From NCBI GenBank assembly GCA_044892525.1, contig CM097885.1, positions 1,552,001-1,616,000 of the forward strand: 64,000 bases of DNA, in the 5' to 3' direction. Below, piece by piece: positions 20,410 through 34,938 of the stretch. Both the position numbers and the translations under genes were made by a program. Position 1 is the first letter of the stretch. Each line of letters begins with the position of its first letter. The notes under the pieces were generated by a model. The model was not told the origin of the DNA, did not search any database, and was given only the letters and a program-made list of their open reading frames with translations. The stretch comes from Schmidtea polychroa. Its lineage: Eukaryota.

Positions 20410-21470
20410 TTATGAACCATGCACAATTTCTGTGCATATTAACTTGACTCCTTTTGTTTTTAAATTATCTTTAGCCCACAACAAACTATAGCACTTGGGT
20501 CTTAAGAAAACCCACTCCTTATATCCTAGACCTTTACTTTTATCTTTAAATTTACCTATCACAAAATCAAGTCTTCTAGAGTATAAGGGATATACTGGGT
20601 CATAGTTGGAAGTGTCTAAAAGATTATCACGAATCATTGCCGGCAAAAGAGCGTCAAGCTTACAGTGCCTAACTTCAAGGAAATGGAGTCAGTGTCGTCA
20701 GAAACGATATTTATCTCACATTTAAATTCATTTTTGTATTTAGCCAATTCTATATACTGTAACTGGTACATCCTCAGTTTATACAAGTCTAGCACAAATT
20801 GGCCAATGTAGCTAGGCCTGTCTAAACATATAGAATCCTTATTTAGATGTGCAGCAATCAAGTCATCATAAATTTTGATAAATTTCTTGAAAGTCGCTTT
20901 GTAGCATATACAATCATCTTTTCAGTTGAATTGTATAGCCTCAAATTTATCCGTTTTTAAGGTTTCTACTGATTTCCCATACAGACTATTATTAAATAGT
21001 TTATACAAATCCCTACACAACTCGCATGTGGAATTGGCTTTAAATTGAGTATTTTTGTGTATATTGTTTTTAAAAATAGGTGTGTGTGAATCTAATTGCT
21101 CTATGTACATTTTTAATTACAGCTCCCAATTCTGTATACAGCTGGAGAAGCCTCCAATGAAGAATATGGTTCTTCTTCGGCCAATGCGTGAGCATCAGCT
21201 TCTCAACTTTCGAATTTGGCGGGCAGATCTTTTCCGGAGCAAGCGGAAAATCATTCAGAAAGTCACGCACACACTGAGGGATATCAATATCTACCTCCAT
21301 AGTATAACCATATTGAAGGTTATCGATATCAGCATTCACACATTCATTCAACACATCATCAAGATTCTCAGACACCCAAACGAAGTCAGCATAAGGCAGA
21401 TTTTGGTTTAAGGCCAAACCAAACAAGTTGTTGATATCTATGTAAAAGAGTTCTGTGTCTTCAGAACTTG
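20410..21470 (-). pseudogene. Protein-primed DNA polymerase B fragment (Polinton/Maverick/adintovirus-type), frameshifted
   Basis: Motifs YIDINNLFG (DxxSLY-like motif A), YTMEVDID...DFPLAPE, YKLFNNSLYGKSVE (motif B), SDDTDSI (YxDTDS-like), DTSNY..., GKFKD, FLRPKCYS, KTKGV across four broken ORFs. Confidence 0.9.
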
Positions 21471-21474
21471 CAAC

Positions 21475-21926
21475 CAGGGACTGATCTACATATGGGCTAA
21501 TTGGGCTATAGCCTTGGGCTCAGATCCGCAAGGTGCCCCAACCTCTCGGACATATATACCTATTATATTCTATACCAAGCACGGCTTATAAGAGAAAAGA
21601 TCGAAACACAAAAAATTAAAAACACAAATTTACTAATATCTATTAAAAATCAACAAAAAATAATATATAACATTAAAACGTGATTAATTTTCATACATTA
21701 AAAATAAACAAAGAAATAAAATGAATAATGAGAGATTAGCGGACTTGATAATTTTATCAGTGGAAAGTGATTTAACGAAGTCATTGAACTATGATGAAGT
21801 TATTAAGGAATATTCCGAGAAAAAGTCAGAAAAATGCGCCAGGCGTGCAAAGGCGTGAAAAAAATCTTTGAAATGTGTAGGGCCCCTTGGTATTTTTAGG
21901 CGCTGGGCACCCAAAAAGCTAGATCA
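21475..21926 (+). mobile_element. Non-autonomous hAT-like element with transposase C-terminal remnant; right TIR truncated
   Basis: Left end CAGGGACTGATCTA; right end TAGATCA is the first 7 nt of its reverse complement. 21721-21858 encodes MNNERLADLIILSVESDLTKSLNYDEVIKEYSEKKSEK, resembling the tail of the hAT dimerisation domain. Confidence 0.7.
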
Positions 21927-23851
21927 CCGGCTGCTTTTGTTATTATCAGGACGCAAAATCCTCCCAAATTATGCACTCATTTGGCAAGATGGTTCCTCAA
22001 GTATTCGCTTTTTGGTTCATAAACGATCTCTAACCCACACATTTTAGAAAGCAAGTGTATGCAGGAGTGGGATTCTTATAGATGTCGCAACAGAAACCTT
22101 GGTGATAGGAGACATAGTAGAGATTAAGTTTGGGGATCGAGTCCCAGCAGATGTGCGAATAATCAAGTCTAGCGGATTTAAGGTATAACAAGTTATTACA
22201 AGGTATTACAATTTCTGTGTACAAATATTTATAGGTAGATAATGCTGCTCTTACTGGCGAGTCAGAACCTCAATCTCGCACTACTGAATGTACGAGTAAT
22301 AATATTCTGGAGACCTCTAACATAGCCTTTTTCTCAACCAATGCAGTCGAAGGTATGTAATATAAATTATCGTTATATTCTTATCACGTCAGGTACATGT
22401 CGATGCGTGGTCATTGACATAGGAGATAATACGATGATGGGGAGAATCGCAAATCTGACAAGTAGCCTCACAATTGGCAAAACTCCAATTGGGAAAGAAA
22501 TTGAACATTTCATTCATATCATCAGTGGAATAGGAGTCTCACTTGGGATAATATTCTTTATAATTGCTTTTTTATTGGGATCATATTGGCTGGATGCAGT
22601 CCTTTTCCTGATAGGTGTTATTGTAGCCAATGTCCCAGAAGGAATGCTCGCCACTGTAACAGTAAGGATTCCTAATTAAATGCTGACATATGAATAGTGT
22701 AAAATGTAATATTTCCCATTTATCACAATAGAATAAACTCTCAATGAACCTATGAAGAAGGGGAGGGGAGGGGAGGGGAGGGGAAAGGGAGGGGGAGTAA
22801 ACATATTGACCTCTGGGTAAACTTTTATTTTAATTCCCTCCAACTGTTATAATGATAAAAGTGCTGCTTGCCTCTGAATAAAAATCTCGTCGAAGCCACT
22901 GTCCATAGTGATCAAAGGTAATCATTGCAAGTGTAAGAGTATCTCACCATAAAACAGTCAGAATTAATGGCTGCGAGTCTCGAGGATAGCCAGTATGGAT
23001 ATTAGATCATGAATATGGCAACATTGAAGCTCTAAATGGTTCTGGAAACGTATTAAAAGAGATAAAGTAGTAATGAAGAAATATGACCCCGTTGTTCAAG
23101 GATTACGTATTTTAGAATTATATGGAGTTGACTGAGACAAGTTATAAATATTTTTATTTATTATATTGATTAAATCTTTAATTAATTAATTAATTAATTA
23201 GTTAATTATTTTATCATTTGATCGCTTACTTCTCATTCAGGTCATGTTGACTCTCACCGCGAAGAAGATGGCTAGAAAGAACTGTTTGGTAAAGAATTTG
23301 GAAGCAGTGGAAACACTAGGATCAACCAGTATAATATGTTCTGACAAAACAGGAACTCTTACCCAGAATGTCATGACTGTGGCCCACACTTGGTACAACA
23401 ACAGGATCTATGATTCCCCAACGTCAGAAAATCAAATAGGTTTCCTTGTTTCATAGGCTTCCCATCATAATACCTTATACAGGGTTAACTAATAAACAGA
23501 ATGATGAATCCTGGGACTTATTATTACGAGTTGCCATTTTGTGCAACCGAGCGGCGTTTAAAGCAGGTGAAGAAGACAAAGTTGTATGGAAACGGGAATG
23601 TTCTGGTGATGCTTCAGAATCTGCTTTGCTAAAGTATGGCGAATTGGCGAAAGGAAAAACAACTGAATATCGGGAAGGAAATCCAAAGGTTATAGAGATC
23701 CCATTCAATTCCACAAACAAATATCAAGTTGAAATCATATATACCTATTGACAGTAAAACTGATATTCATTATTCAGGTATCTATTCACGAGACTAATGA
23801 TGGCGATCCTCGGTATCTACTTGTGATGAAAGGAGCACCAGAGAGAATCCT
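21924..23851 (+). pseudogene. Inverted partial duplicate of the alpha-subunit gene (copy of 14772-12869: part of exon 4 to part of exon 10, introns included)
   Basis: Near-identical reverse complement including introns; a few substitutions (e.g. GSFW to GSYW), an extra ~28-bp intronic segment and one fewer CCCCT unit. Starts and ends mid-exon. Confidence 0.95.
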
Positions 23852-23948
23852 TAAATTATTTTTTTTTAATGAATGAATTTAAATAAATTTCTATATGTTG
23901 AATCTGTTTACTATTTTGAAATCGTGCAACGCCGGGTACCCCAGTTAG
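23852..23948 (+). mobile_element. Helitron-like 3' terminus
   Basis: cgtgcaacgccgggtaccccagTTAG|T resembles the Helitron subterminal hairpin followed by CTAG|T; both parts are degenerate. Confidence 0.55.
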
Positions 23949-24245
23949 TTTATAATAATTATTATGTAAGAATAGTTCACGAACATGATGTAATCATGTT
24001 GAAATATCCTCACATATTTATTAATTAATTGTATTGGAATAAATTAGTTGCTGATTTATACTTTATCATTTACAGGGCCACTGGGCAATTTGGCATTTAG
24101 CATTTATCAAAGCTAGGAGTTTATATTTATTAATTTAAAGCCTGTCTGAAGAAATGATTCCATAAGCGGAGATAAAAGGTTAAGTCATTTCTTAGGATAA
24201 AAATAAAATTATTCCGGTCTTATCAAAGATTATATTTATTTCGAT

Positions 24246-24695
24246 TGCAAGGGTTATGCACAAGTGGTATTTGCAAGGAATATGCACAAGTGGCATATGC
24301 AAGGGGTATGCACAAGTGGTATATGCAAGGGGTATGCACAAGTGGTATATGCAAGGAATATGCACAAGTGGTATATGCAAGGGGTATGCACAATTGGCAT
24401 ATGCAAGGCGTATGCACAAGTGGTATATGCAAGGAATATGCACAAGTGGTATATGCAAGGGGTATGCACAAGTGGCATATGCAAGGGGTATGCACAAGTG
24501 GTATATGCAAGGAATATGCACAAGTGGTATATGCAAGGAATATGCACAAGTGGCATATGCAAGGGGTATGCACAAGTGGTATATGCAAGGGGTATGCACA
24601 AGTGGTATATGCAAGGAATATGCACAAGTGGTATATGCAAGGGGTATGCACAAGTGGTTTATGCAAGGAATATGCACATGTGGCATATGCAAAGG
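24246..24695. repeat. 26-bp minisatellite (TATGCACAAGTGGTATATGCAAGG[GG/AA]), ~17 copies
   Basis: Period 26 (24307 to 24333). Confidence 0.95.
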
Positions 24696-25134
24696 AGTTT
24701 GTGAAAGGGGTATTTTTGTGAAATGTACTAAAACCAAAAGAATTATGAATTAAGTTCGACAATTGTGCTTTTCTTGGCTAGCACTATGAATATTAGAGCT
24801 ATCGGTCTAGAAACCATATTGTTATGACTGGCACTGTATGGTGATTACAATAATAATTATTTGCACCAAGTATTGTAATGGTGCCAAACATCTCTGTGCC
24901 GGGTCCCAACGTCAATTAGAGATGAAGCATGAGTGATGTATAGCGTGATGCTATCTTAGCTTAGATCGACTCAATACACCTTTATTAAATGTGATTCATT
25001 CGTAAATTTTACGCTAGACCTGATCAATTGTTTTGCAATTAAGGACATCGTAAATTATTTATTCATCTTAAATATCTCAATTATAACAAGGCCCCACACG
25101 AATAATAATTTTATATTCTATCATGGACTGTCAA

Positions 25135-26762
<1,628 letters not shown>

Positions 26763-26856
26763 ATAGTAAGCAAATTCAATAAATAATTCCACTGAACAAT
26801 GAAAGAATAAATTATGGCCCTTGATAATAAATTTGCACTAATTCTAACGCGCTTTT

Positions 26857-27638
26857 TATCAGTAAGAAAGTTAAAGAAATTTACCTGGCTTATTGTGGAG
26901 AAATACCATAGCCGAGGGGTCCCCGAGTCATTATGGTAATTTAATAGTAAATAGTTGCCCTTCACCCAAATCTCACCATCAAGCAACCTCTTGTCATCCC
27001 TAAGTAAATTTCAAAGAATTCAGTTTAAGATTTTTCGATATTCTGAAGATTTTTGTGATCGAAATAATTTCAAATGTTAATTTAGTGTCAACCTAAAATT
27101 TCTGGTCATTTGTTACTATTAGTTTCTTGTATGATGGCCATCTATGGTCGGTGGTGACCTTCACTATGACCATCACGATGACCATCACGATGACCATCAC
27201 AATGACCATCACGGTGAACATCACAATGAGCACATCCAACACGGATCAACTTGCATTAACCATGCTGATATCGAGCTCGCCATTGTAATGATGTCATCTT
27301 TATGATTCTCAATTGTCAGCGTGACCATTGCACCAGTAGCACTTGTCATTCTCACAATCTAGATCAAGCTCTTTCAAATGATAACAAAAGCATTGTTTTT
27401 ATGCTGAACTTCTAAACTATTTCTAATGTTATCTCAATTTCTATGGATGCCCGCAACTGAGATTGAAAGGTTGTCTAATCTTTCATTCTCTTGACCCTTG
27501 CTACCCTTTACTCCTATCAGTTTTTATATAAATGGTATTTAGATTTGATTATTTCCAACCGAATGGAGAAATTTATTCTGATTCTGGCCTCAATTTCATA
27601 TTTCAACTCATCTGGCATCTGTAAATATGAAATAATAA

Positions 27639-27704
<66 letters not shown>

Positions 27705-27810
27705 TTATTAAATTAATTTATTTGAAACATGCAAATAAATAACTATTGATGAAATTCGATTTATTTTAATAAACTCGATTATGGACAAATTTTAATTTTT
27801 ATTAAATTAA
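26857..27810. repeat. Dispersed repeat (longer copy of 19708-20135) containing 12-bp GACCATCACGAT units
   Basis: Shared blocks with 19708-20135. Confidence 0.8.
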
Positions 27811-28140
27811 TTATATCAATTTATTATATCAATTTATTATATCAATTATTATATCAATTATTATATCAATTAATTATACCAATTTATTATATCAATTTAT
27901 TATATCAATTTATTATATCAATTTATTATATCAATTAATTATATTAATTTATTATATCAATTTATTATATCAATTTATTATATCAATTTATTATATCAAT
28001 TAATTATATTAATTTATTATATTAATTTATTATATCAATTTATTATATCAATTTATTATATCAATTATTATATCAATTTATTATATCAAAATATTATATC
28101 AATTTATTATATCAATTAATTATATTAATTTATTATATCA
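27810..28140. repeat. 13-bp minisatellite (TTTATTATATCAA)
   Basis: Directly visible; same unit as 36250-37050. Confidence 0.9.
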
Positions 28141-28730
28141 TATAATGGCAAAAATGTGTCTTATCAAGAGGAAATAAAATTTCAGAAAATATTTTTTAGA
28201 CTTTGTGATTGCTTTTTTTTTGCCCTTGCTCAAAACTGTTACAATTTGTTTAATCGGTAAAATCGATAACTAATTTCTGTTTTGGAAAAATGGCTTTTAA
28301 TGTATTCTCTCTGGTTATGTAAAATAACGCTAAAAACGCTAATCACCTTTATTAAAGTTTAAAATGATTTCTGACAATGTCCTTTCACTTTTATTACAAA
28401 TCTGTTCGAAAAGAATTCTTCTCTAAATTTTTCACTTCTCAATAGTCCTGGGATTTTTCTTGAATACCCGAAATATAATTCCACGCTGATTGTTTGGCTT
28501 AATCGTTTTCAAGTAAAAATAATTCTCTCTTGTGTTTGCTAATCATTACTTTTCTACAAGCTGCAACTAGCTCTTGTCCTGACAAAGTTAATCCCTTTGA
28601 TAATAATTTTTAAATTAGCATGAAAATTAAAATTACTATTTTTATTTATTTATTACCACATATATTTATTTGTATTTATTTATTACCATTTATATTATTT
28701 ACACTACTTGGTCAATCCTGAGTTTAATTA

Positions 28731-30772
28731 CACCAAACCCCACTGAGATACGTTCTCTATAGTGGTGGTTTGCGTGTAGAGTGATTGCTCACTCACCAAT
28801 TTACTGATGTTGATGATAAATTGTTGTTTAGCAAAGTTGTCAGTAATTTGTTTTACGTATGTTTTACATCATGAAATTTATTTTAGCCATTTTAGAAATG
28901 GTTTTCAGGTAAGATATTTAATTTTAAGTAAATTTTAACACTTGAATTTTGATCCATATGGATATGAGATCATTATTCAAGTTCTTAAATATTACTTTTA
29001 ATCAACAATATAATTATAAATTATTTTTAATTAATTTTCAGGCTTTTTTTTAGGAATTTTATGTCTTTTATTAAAGTATTTTGGAATTATTTCGAAAAAA
29101 TGTGAGTCCTATATATTTTTAATTATAATTAATTAAATAAATAAATCAATCAATGTATTTTTTTAAAACATTTTGGGAAAAATCGCTGATTAGAATAATT
29201 TTTTTAATTTTTGTAATTTTTTTTCTGAGCTCAATATGAGGGGATTCTTAAAGGAAATCAAATCTGGAGTAAAAAGATTTTGAACCAAATTCATCTGCTC
29301 TTGATATTTTCATTAAAAATATAATTTAAAAAATTTTCAACGATCTTTTTTTTCTAAAAATTGTCTAGAATAGAATTATTATAGAAACGTATCTCATCGT
29401 TACAATTTTACGAATCAAAAGTTTGTATGTGTTTTTTATTATGTGTTGTGCTTGTGTGCATTTTTTAATTTTCCTTCCACTTTTCAGATTTCTATAATAT
29501 ACACCCGTTTCCACAATATAAGAGTTTCTATAATCTAAAAAAAAAATCGATAAAATTATATTATAGCAACACACAAACTTACCTGTGTGCAAAAATTTAA
29601 TGTTCCGAATGTAGAAAGTTTTATTATAGGAATTGAGAAAGTGACAGAAAAATAATTTTACATACAAACACAGGACACATAATATAAAATACACGCAAAT
29701 TTAATATAGCTTTTTTTGTTCCGAAAGTAGAGAGTCATTAACATACTGTTAACATATCATTAATTTAAAATTATTAAAATTCATGGCTGAAAAAAATTTG
29801 GATTTTGAATCTGACAACTCAACTTTGAGTTTTTGAGAAATGGACGACAAAACATCGTAAGATCTATTTATAAAATATTTTTGAAGTTAATATTTCTTTA
29901 GATTTTCAGATATTTCTTTGGAGACATTTCCATTTTGCGAAGGTGAAGATCTGACAATGTAAGAATTTTTTTATTTAATTACAAATAATTAAAATATTTT
30001 ACAGCATATCAGATATTTCTAGTCAAACGCCTTTGTGTGAAGATATTCAACAAGTTCCATCGACATTTTTGGAATTGAAGAAAAAAATTCGAAAATCGTA
30101 AATTTTAATAACTAAAAAAAAAATAATATTTTCAAAGAATTTCAGAAAATGACAAAATCCGTCTCATCAATCCATATGAAAATGGAGAAAATTATAAAGA
30201 TTTTGGAAGATTACTGGGAATCTCCAAAAAATCGATTGGAACCATTATTTCTTAAAAAAATAAATGTTTTTGGTGATTATTTTATTTCTTTTTAGTTAAA
30301 AATATATATAACTTACATTTTATTGAAATAATTCCAAATTCATAACATATCATAAAATACCTAAAAAAGCACCTGAAATTTAATTATCAATATATTATAA
30401 ATATATTATAAATGTTGATTACAAGTAATATTTAAGAGCTTGAATAATGATCTCATAATTATATGAAATCAAAATTCAAGCCTTAAAATATACTTAAATT
30501 TAAAAAACTTACTTCTAAAACCATAAATAAAATTGAATTGAGAATGAAAAAATGAAATAAACATTCTCATAAATGGTGAGTCATCGATAGATGAACACAC
30601 CAACATGTATTATAAAGACTTTTAACATGTGGAAACGGGTGTAAGATGTATCTCATTGAGCTATAAATGAGAACATCAACGTGAAATCAAAGTAAGTATG
30701 TATGTTTCTATAATGTAAGATTATTGATTTTTTTGTTATATTATAGGAAATGCATCTCAGTGGTGTTTGGTG
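28731..30772 (+). mobile_element. TA-flanked DNA transposon with long degenerate inverted repeats and a spliced HTH pseudogene (Tc1/IS630-like)
   Basis: TA|CACCAAACCCCACTGAGATACG vs GCATCTCAGTGGTGTTTGGTG|TA; inner inverted block tatgagatcattattcaagttcttaaatattac (~28963) vs gtaatatttaagagcttgaataatgatctcata (~30425). Internal 4-exon ORF at 29783-30255. Confidence 0.7.
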
Positions 30773-31559
30773 TATCACGCGTCTGTGTGCGTTTGGTTCG
30801 GAATTTGGATTTTTGATGTATGCGCACACAGACGCGAAAAATGTGGTTTTTGTAATTTATGATTTTTAATGTGTTGGATTTATTTTCGATTTTGGACTTA
30901 TGCTGATTGATTTGATTTCGAGATTTGGAATTTAGTTATTTTTTGGATATTATTGAATTTTGGATTTAGAATATATGGATATATTTTGAGTTGTTTAAGT
31001 GGTGAGTTATTTTGAATTATTGAATTTAAAAATAAAAGTTTTGGACATTTGTGATTTTTGAATAGTTCGAAGTTGTTGAAAAGGAAGAATTTTAACGATT
31101 GGAAAAGATCAAAGATTATTGAACATAACAATTTCATTATTTGCTGTTCTTCGAAGAGATTTTTATGACAACAGAAGCTAATGATACTTCCAAAATGCTT
31201 TATGATGTTTCTTATAAGAATGAATCTAATAGAGCTGAACTTTATAATGTGCTATCTGAAAGCAGAATCGAATCGCTAATTCACGATGGCAACGATAGAA
31301 CGGAGTCTGCGATGACAATCAAACACTACTATTTCTATTATTAATCTATTTTTAGTAATTTATATTAGTCTTTAATTTTGAACTATCTACGCACGCCCCA
31401 AACGAGCCCAGGCCCAGACCTAATATTTATATATATCCTAACATATTTATATAAAAACATATTTATAAAAAATAATTTAAAAAATACATAAAGATTTAAT
31501 TAAAAAAAGTACATGTAATTTATATATCACTTATATCTATTTAAATGTAAAACTTAAAA

Positions 31560-31863
31560 CGGCAACCAGCCGGTAAGAAATGGGTCAAATGAAGAATTTA
31601 AATAATCCTATTTTATAAACCTTACAACTTTTATTTGTAACATTGTGGCCAATTTCACCTCCTTGGGGTATCTACTGTAGTAAATCAAGGTGACCCTGAG
31701 AAGGGTTAGGGTACCCTAGGGCTGGTCACCTGGGGTTGAAATATAGTCTATGATCTGTCCCAAGTCAAATGAGAGTCACATGCAAAATTTCAGCACCCTA
31801 GGCCCAACGGTGGGGAATTCTATGGGTAACAAACAAACAAACTTTCATCTTTATCTATTAGAT
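31560..31863 (+). mobile_element. Helitron/Helentron-associated non-autonomous element end
   Basis: catgcaaaatttcag...acaaacaaacaaactttcatctttatctattagat resembles the ends of Lep1/HINE-type elements (pattern recognition only). Confidence 0.45.
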
Positions 31864-32998
31864 TAATAGTTTATTTCTATATAAAGTAATTATTAAATAC
31901 TATTTATAATTTATTTTATTTATTTTCTATAAACTTCCTTATTGTCTTTCTCCTGGCTCCTACTGAACCCCAACATCCTCAAGAATATTACTGATGGTGT
32001 TGGAGCTTGGCAGTGGGCAAGAAGGGAAATACCCAAACAAGGTTTTAAAAGGATTAGAAATGTGAAATGTTTATGACATTGGCCTAAAGTTTCATTAGAT
32101 CAATTTCATGTAAGTCTCCAAATGTTGAGGCACTATTTATAAGGACATTCTTCCTTCTTTATCATCAAAATTTACCATTTTACATGTTTCACATCAAATT
32201 TCTACTTAGCAAAATAATATAAATTCCCAAATAATAACCAATGAGGGGTTTGCATTTTCAAACAATTCCCAAAGCTTGGGATCGAAATGTTTCATATAAA
32301 GAATTCTCCTTATACTTTGTTTCTGCTAAAAAAAGTCAAAAGAAAATCTTACAGATGTAAATGAAGGTGCCAGTAGGAATGGCTTTGGCAATGTGGATAA
32401 AGTTGAATCCCTGATGTAATGATCATTTTCTGATAGAAAGCAAAGGATAAAATGGATGACAATGGGAAAATTGAAAGATTGTTATATATTGTAATCCTTC
32501 TCTTTATGGAGTGACAATTCCTATATGACATTTATATGCTATTAATTGCTCCATGACAGAGCTTTGCATATTCGATAGTGACCTTGCAGGGGTATATATT
32601 ATGATAAAATTATTTAATAACTATGAAATTAATTACAATTTTAATTTAATTTTAATTGATTAACTTTAAAATAAAATGCTAAAAATAAAACTCGTGTCAC
32701 TCGTGTCAATAAATAACAATTCTGACGATGAAAATTCAGTCAACTCTCCTAGAATGCGATTAATTCGTACCGCATTATATGGAAGCCGTGTTATAAGAAA
32801 GATTATAGAAAAGATGCACTTTATGGAGATCGTAGTATGGGAAACATAGAAATAAGACAAATCATAATAACTTACATCGCCTTATATAGTAATCGCGTTA
32901 TAAAATACCGTGTTATAGGACAGTTGACTGTATAGCAAAAATACAAATCCAGCGCACACTTTTACATACATTTCACATGTTTTATAATTAATTATAAC

Positions 32999-33593
32999 CG
33001 CGGTTGCCAGGTGTCCCGATTTCACCGGGATATTCCCGGTATTAAAACTCTATTCCCGATTCCCGAGATGTATCACGAATTAAAATTATTTTTAAGTTGA
33101 GCAGCACTATTTTTAAAATTGAACGTCATCTTAATTGAAATAATAAAACAAACTGCATGTCAATTTATCAATTTGTATGTGTGCTGAGTTTCTGTATGAT
33201 AAAATGTCCCCCTCCCGCCAGCATGATAATAGCTCGATTTAACAATAAATGTCGATTTGCTATAATAAACTTTTTATTATTAATTATATTATAATTCTTA
33301 TTGAGATATTTCTTTGCCGTGTGTTTTAATTCTAATGTGTATTATCGGTTTGTTTTAATTCAGGCTTATTTAAATATTTTAGGTATGTAAATATAATAAA
33401 TATATTCTGTTTTGGTGTTTTTTTTTAATTTAAAAAAAGGAATGTTTAATTAAAATAATTATTTCCTTATAATTCTTGTATTTTTAAATACGCATATTAT
33501 TGATAATAGATTTATTCGTTAAATAAAAAAAGATTATATTTAATTATTTTTTATTAAATCCCGATATGTCATTTAGGGAAACATGCAACCCTG
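32999..33593. mobile_element. hAT-type MITE with 8-bp target-site duplication ATTATAAC
   Basis: Ends CGCGGTTGCCA...TGCAACCCTG; identical ATTATAAC at 32991-98 and 33594-601. Confidence 0.85.
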
Positions 33594-33867
33594 ATTATAA
33601 CTAATTATTATTTATGAGGAAAATATATTTTAAATTTTTATATAAACTTATTACATAAAACTAATTAAAATATTATATTTTTAATTAATATAATTTCTTT
33701 TTTGCAATTTTTTTTTATTTGATTTTTATTAATTTTTTTATTAAGTGTTATAAATTACGTTTGCGGTGTGATGAAATCTTTTATAAATTTTGGTATGAAA
33801 TTTGTTTAAATGCTTCAATTTAAATCAATTTACTGTGAATGGAATTGAAATAAATTTATAATTTATA

Positions 33868-34821
33868 ATGTCATCTGATATGAAGCATGTTGAAGCAACT
33901 GACCAAGAGGTCCATGTGAAAAAGAAGAAAAAGATATTTTTGTCTTCTGACCAGGTCAGAGAATTATTTTATGACAAAAAGGAAGGAACATTTTGTGGAC
34001 GGACTCCGAAGGATTGGGGTAAATTATATGATTTGTTTTAATGTTTCATTGTGCTTGATTCTTAAAGGTTTTCTCTTCATTTTCCTTGTGCTATTTTATG
34101 CGGTTTTAGCGGGATATTTCGCATTGCTCTTTACTATATTCACTAAGGGAATCATGGTGGCCAAAATACCGTTTAGGCAAGGCAGTAATTGCCTGATTGG
34201 GCCAGGGCCAGGTAAATGTTACTATGCGATCGCATACGAGATCTAATCACTTGGTATCAGGGTTCAGCTACCGGCCGTTGATGGACAACAAATCCAATAC
34301 GATATGGGTTTCCAGCAACATTCTCAACGCATCCTTTACATATTATAAACTGCAATTCGACCAATATATCAGCGATTACATCAAAGCTCCAGCAAACAGG
34401 AAAAACTGTATAAATGGCAGCAATTCCGATACGAATAGTCCATGCGCATTTGACCTGAGTGAACTTGGACCGTGTCGGGATGGCCCATCCGCGCTGGCCA
34501 ATGGGACGGGATTGTGCATTTATTGGCACATCAACAATGTAATTTTTCATTTTATTGATATCAGTGACTATCGGCCGTATCAGTGAGGGTATTGGTCTCG
34601 GTTCACTTGATCAGTTGGCCATGACGTCATCACTATATGATTCGATTTCGGAACGCTTTTTCTGATTTGTCGATATCGATTATTGATAAATGGACTAATT
34701 CCGATAAATCTATTGGTTATTGTGCCAACGGTAATCACTGAACCGTGACCAATCACTACTGCGATATATTCACATTGACGCTTTATTATCATTATTATTA
34801 TTATTTTTTTTATTATTATTG

Positions 34822-34863
<42 letters not shown>

Positions 34864-34893
34864 GATTATTGATTATTATTATTATTATTATTG

Positions 34894-34938
<45 letters not shown>

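Noticed and set aside
21924..23851. A second functional alpha-subunit gene
   Set aside because: Starts and ends mid-exon; lacks the N-terminus and everything after KGAPERI.
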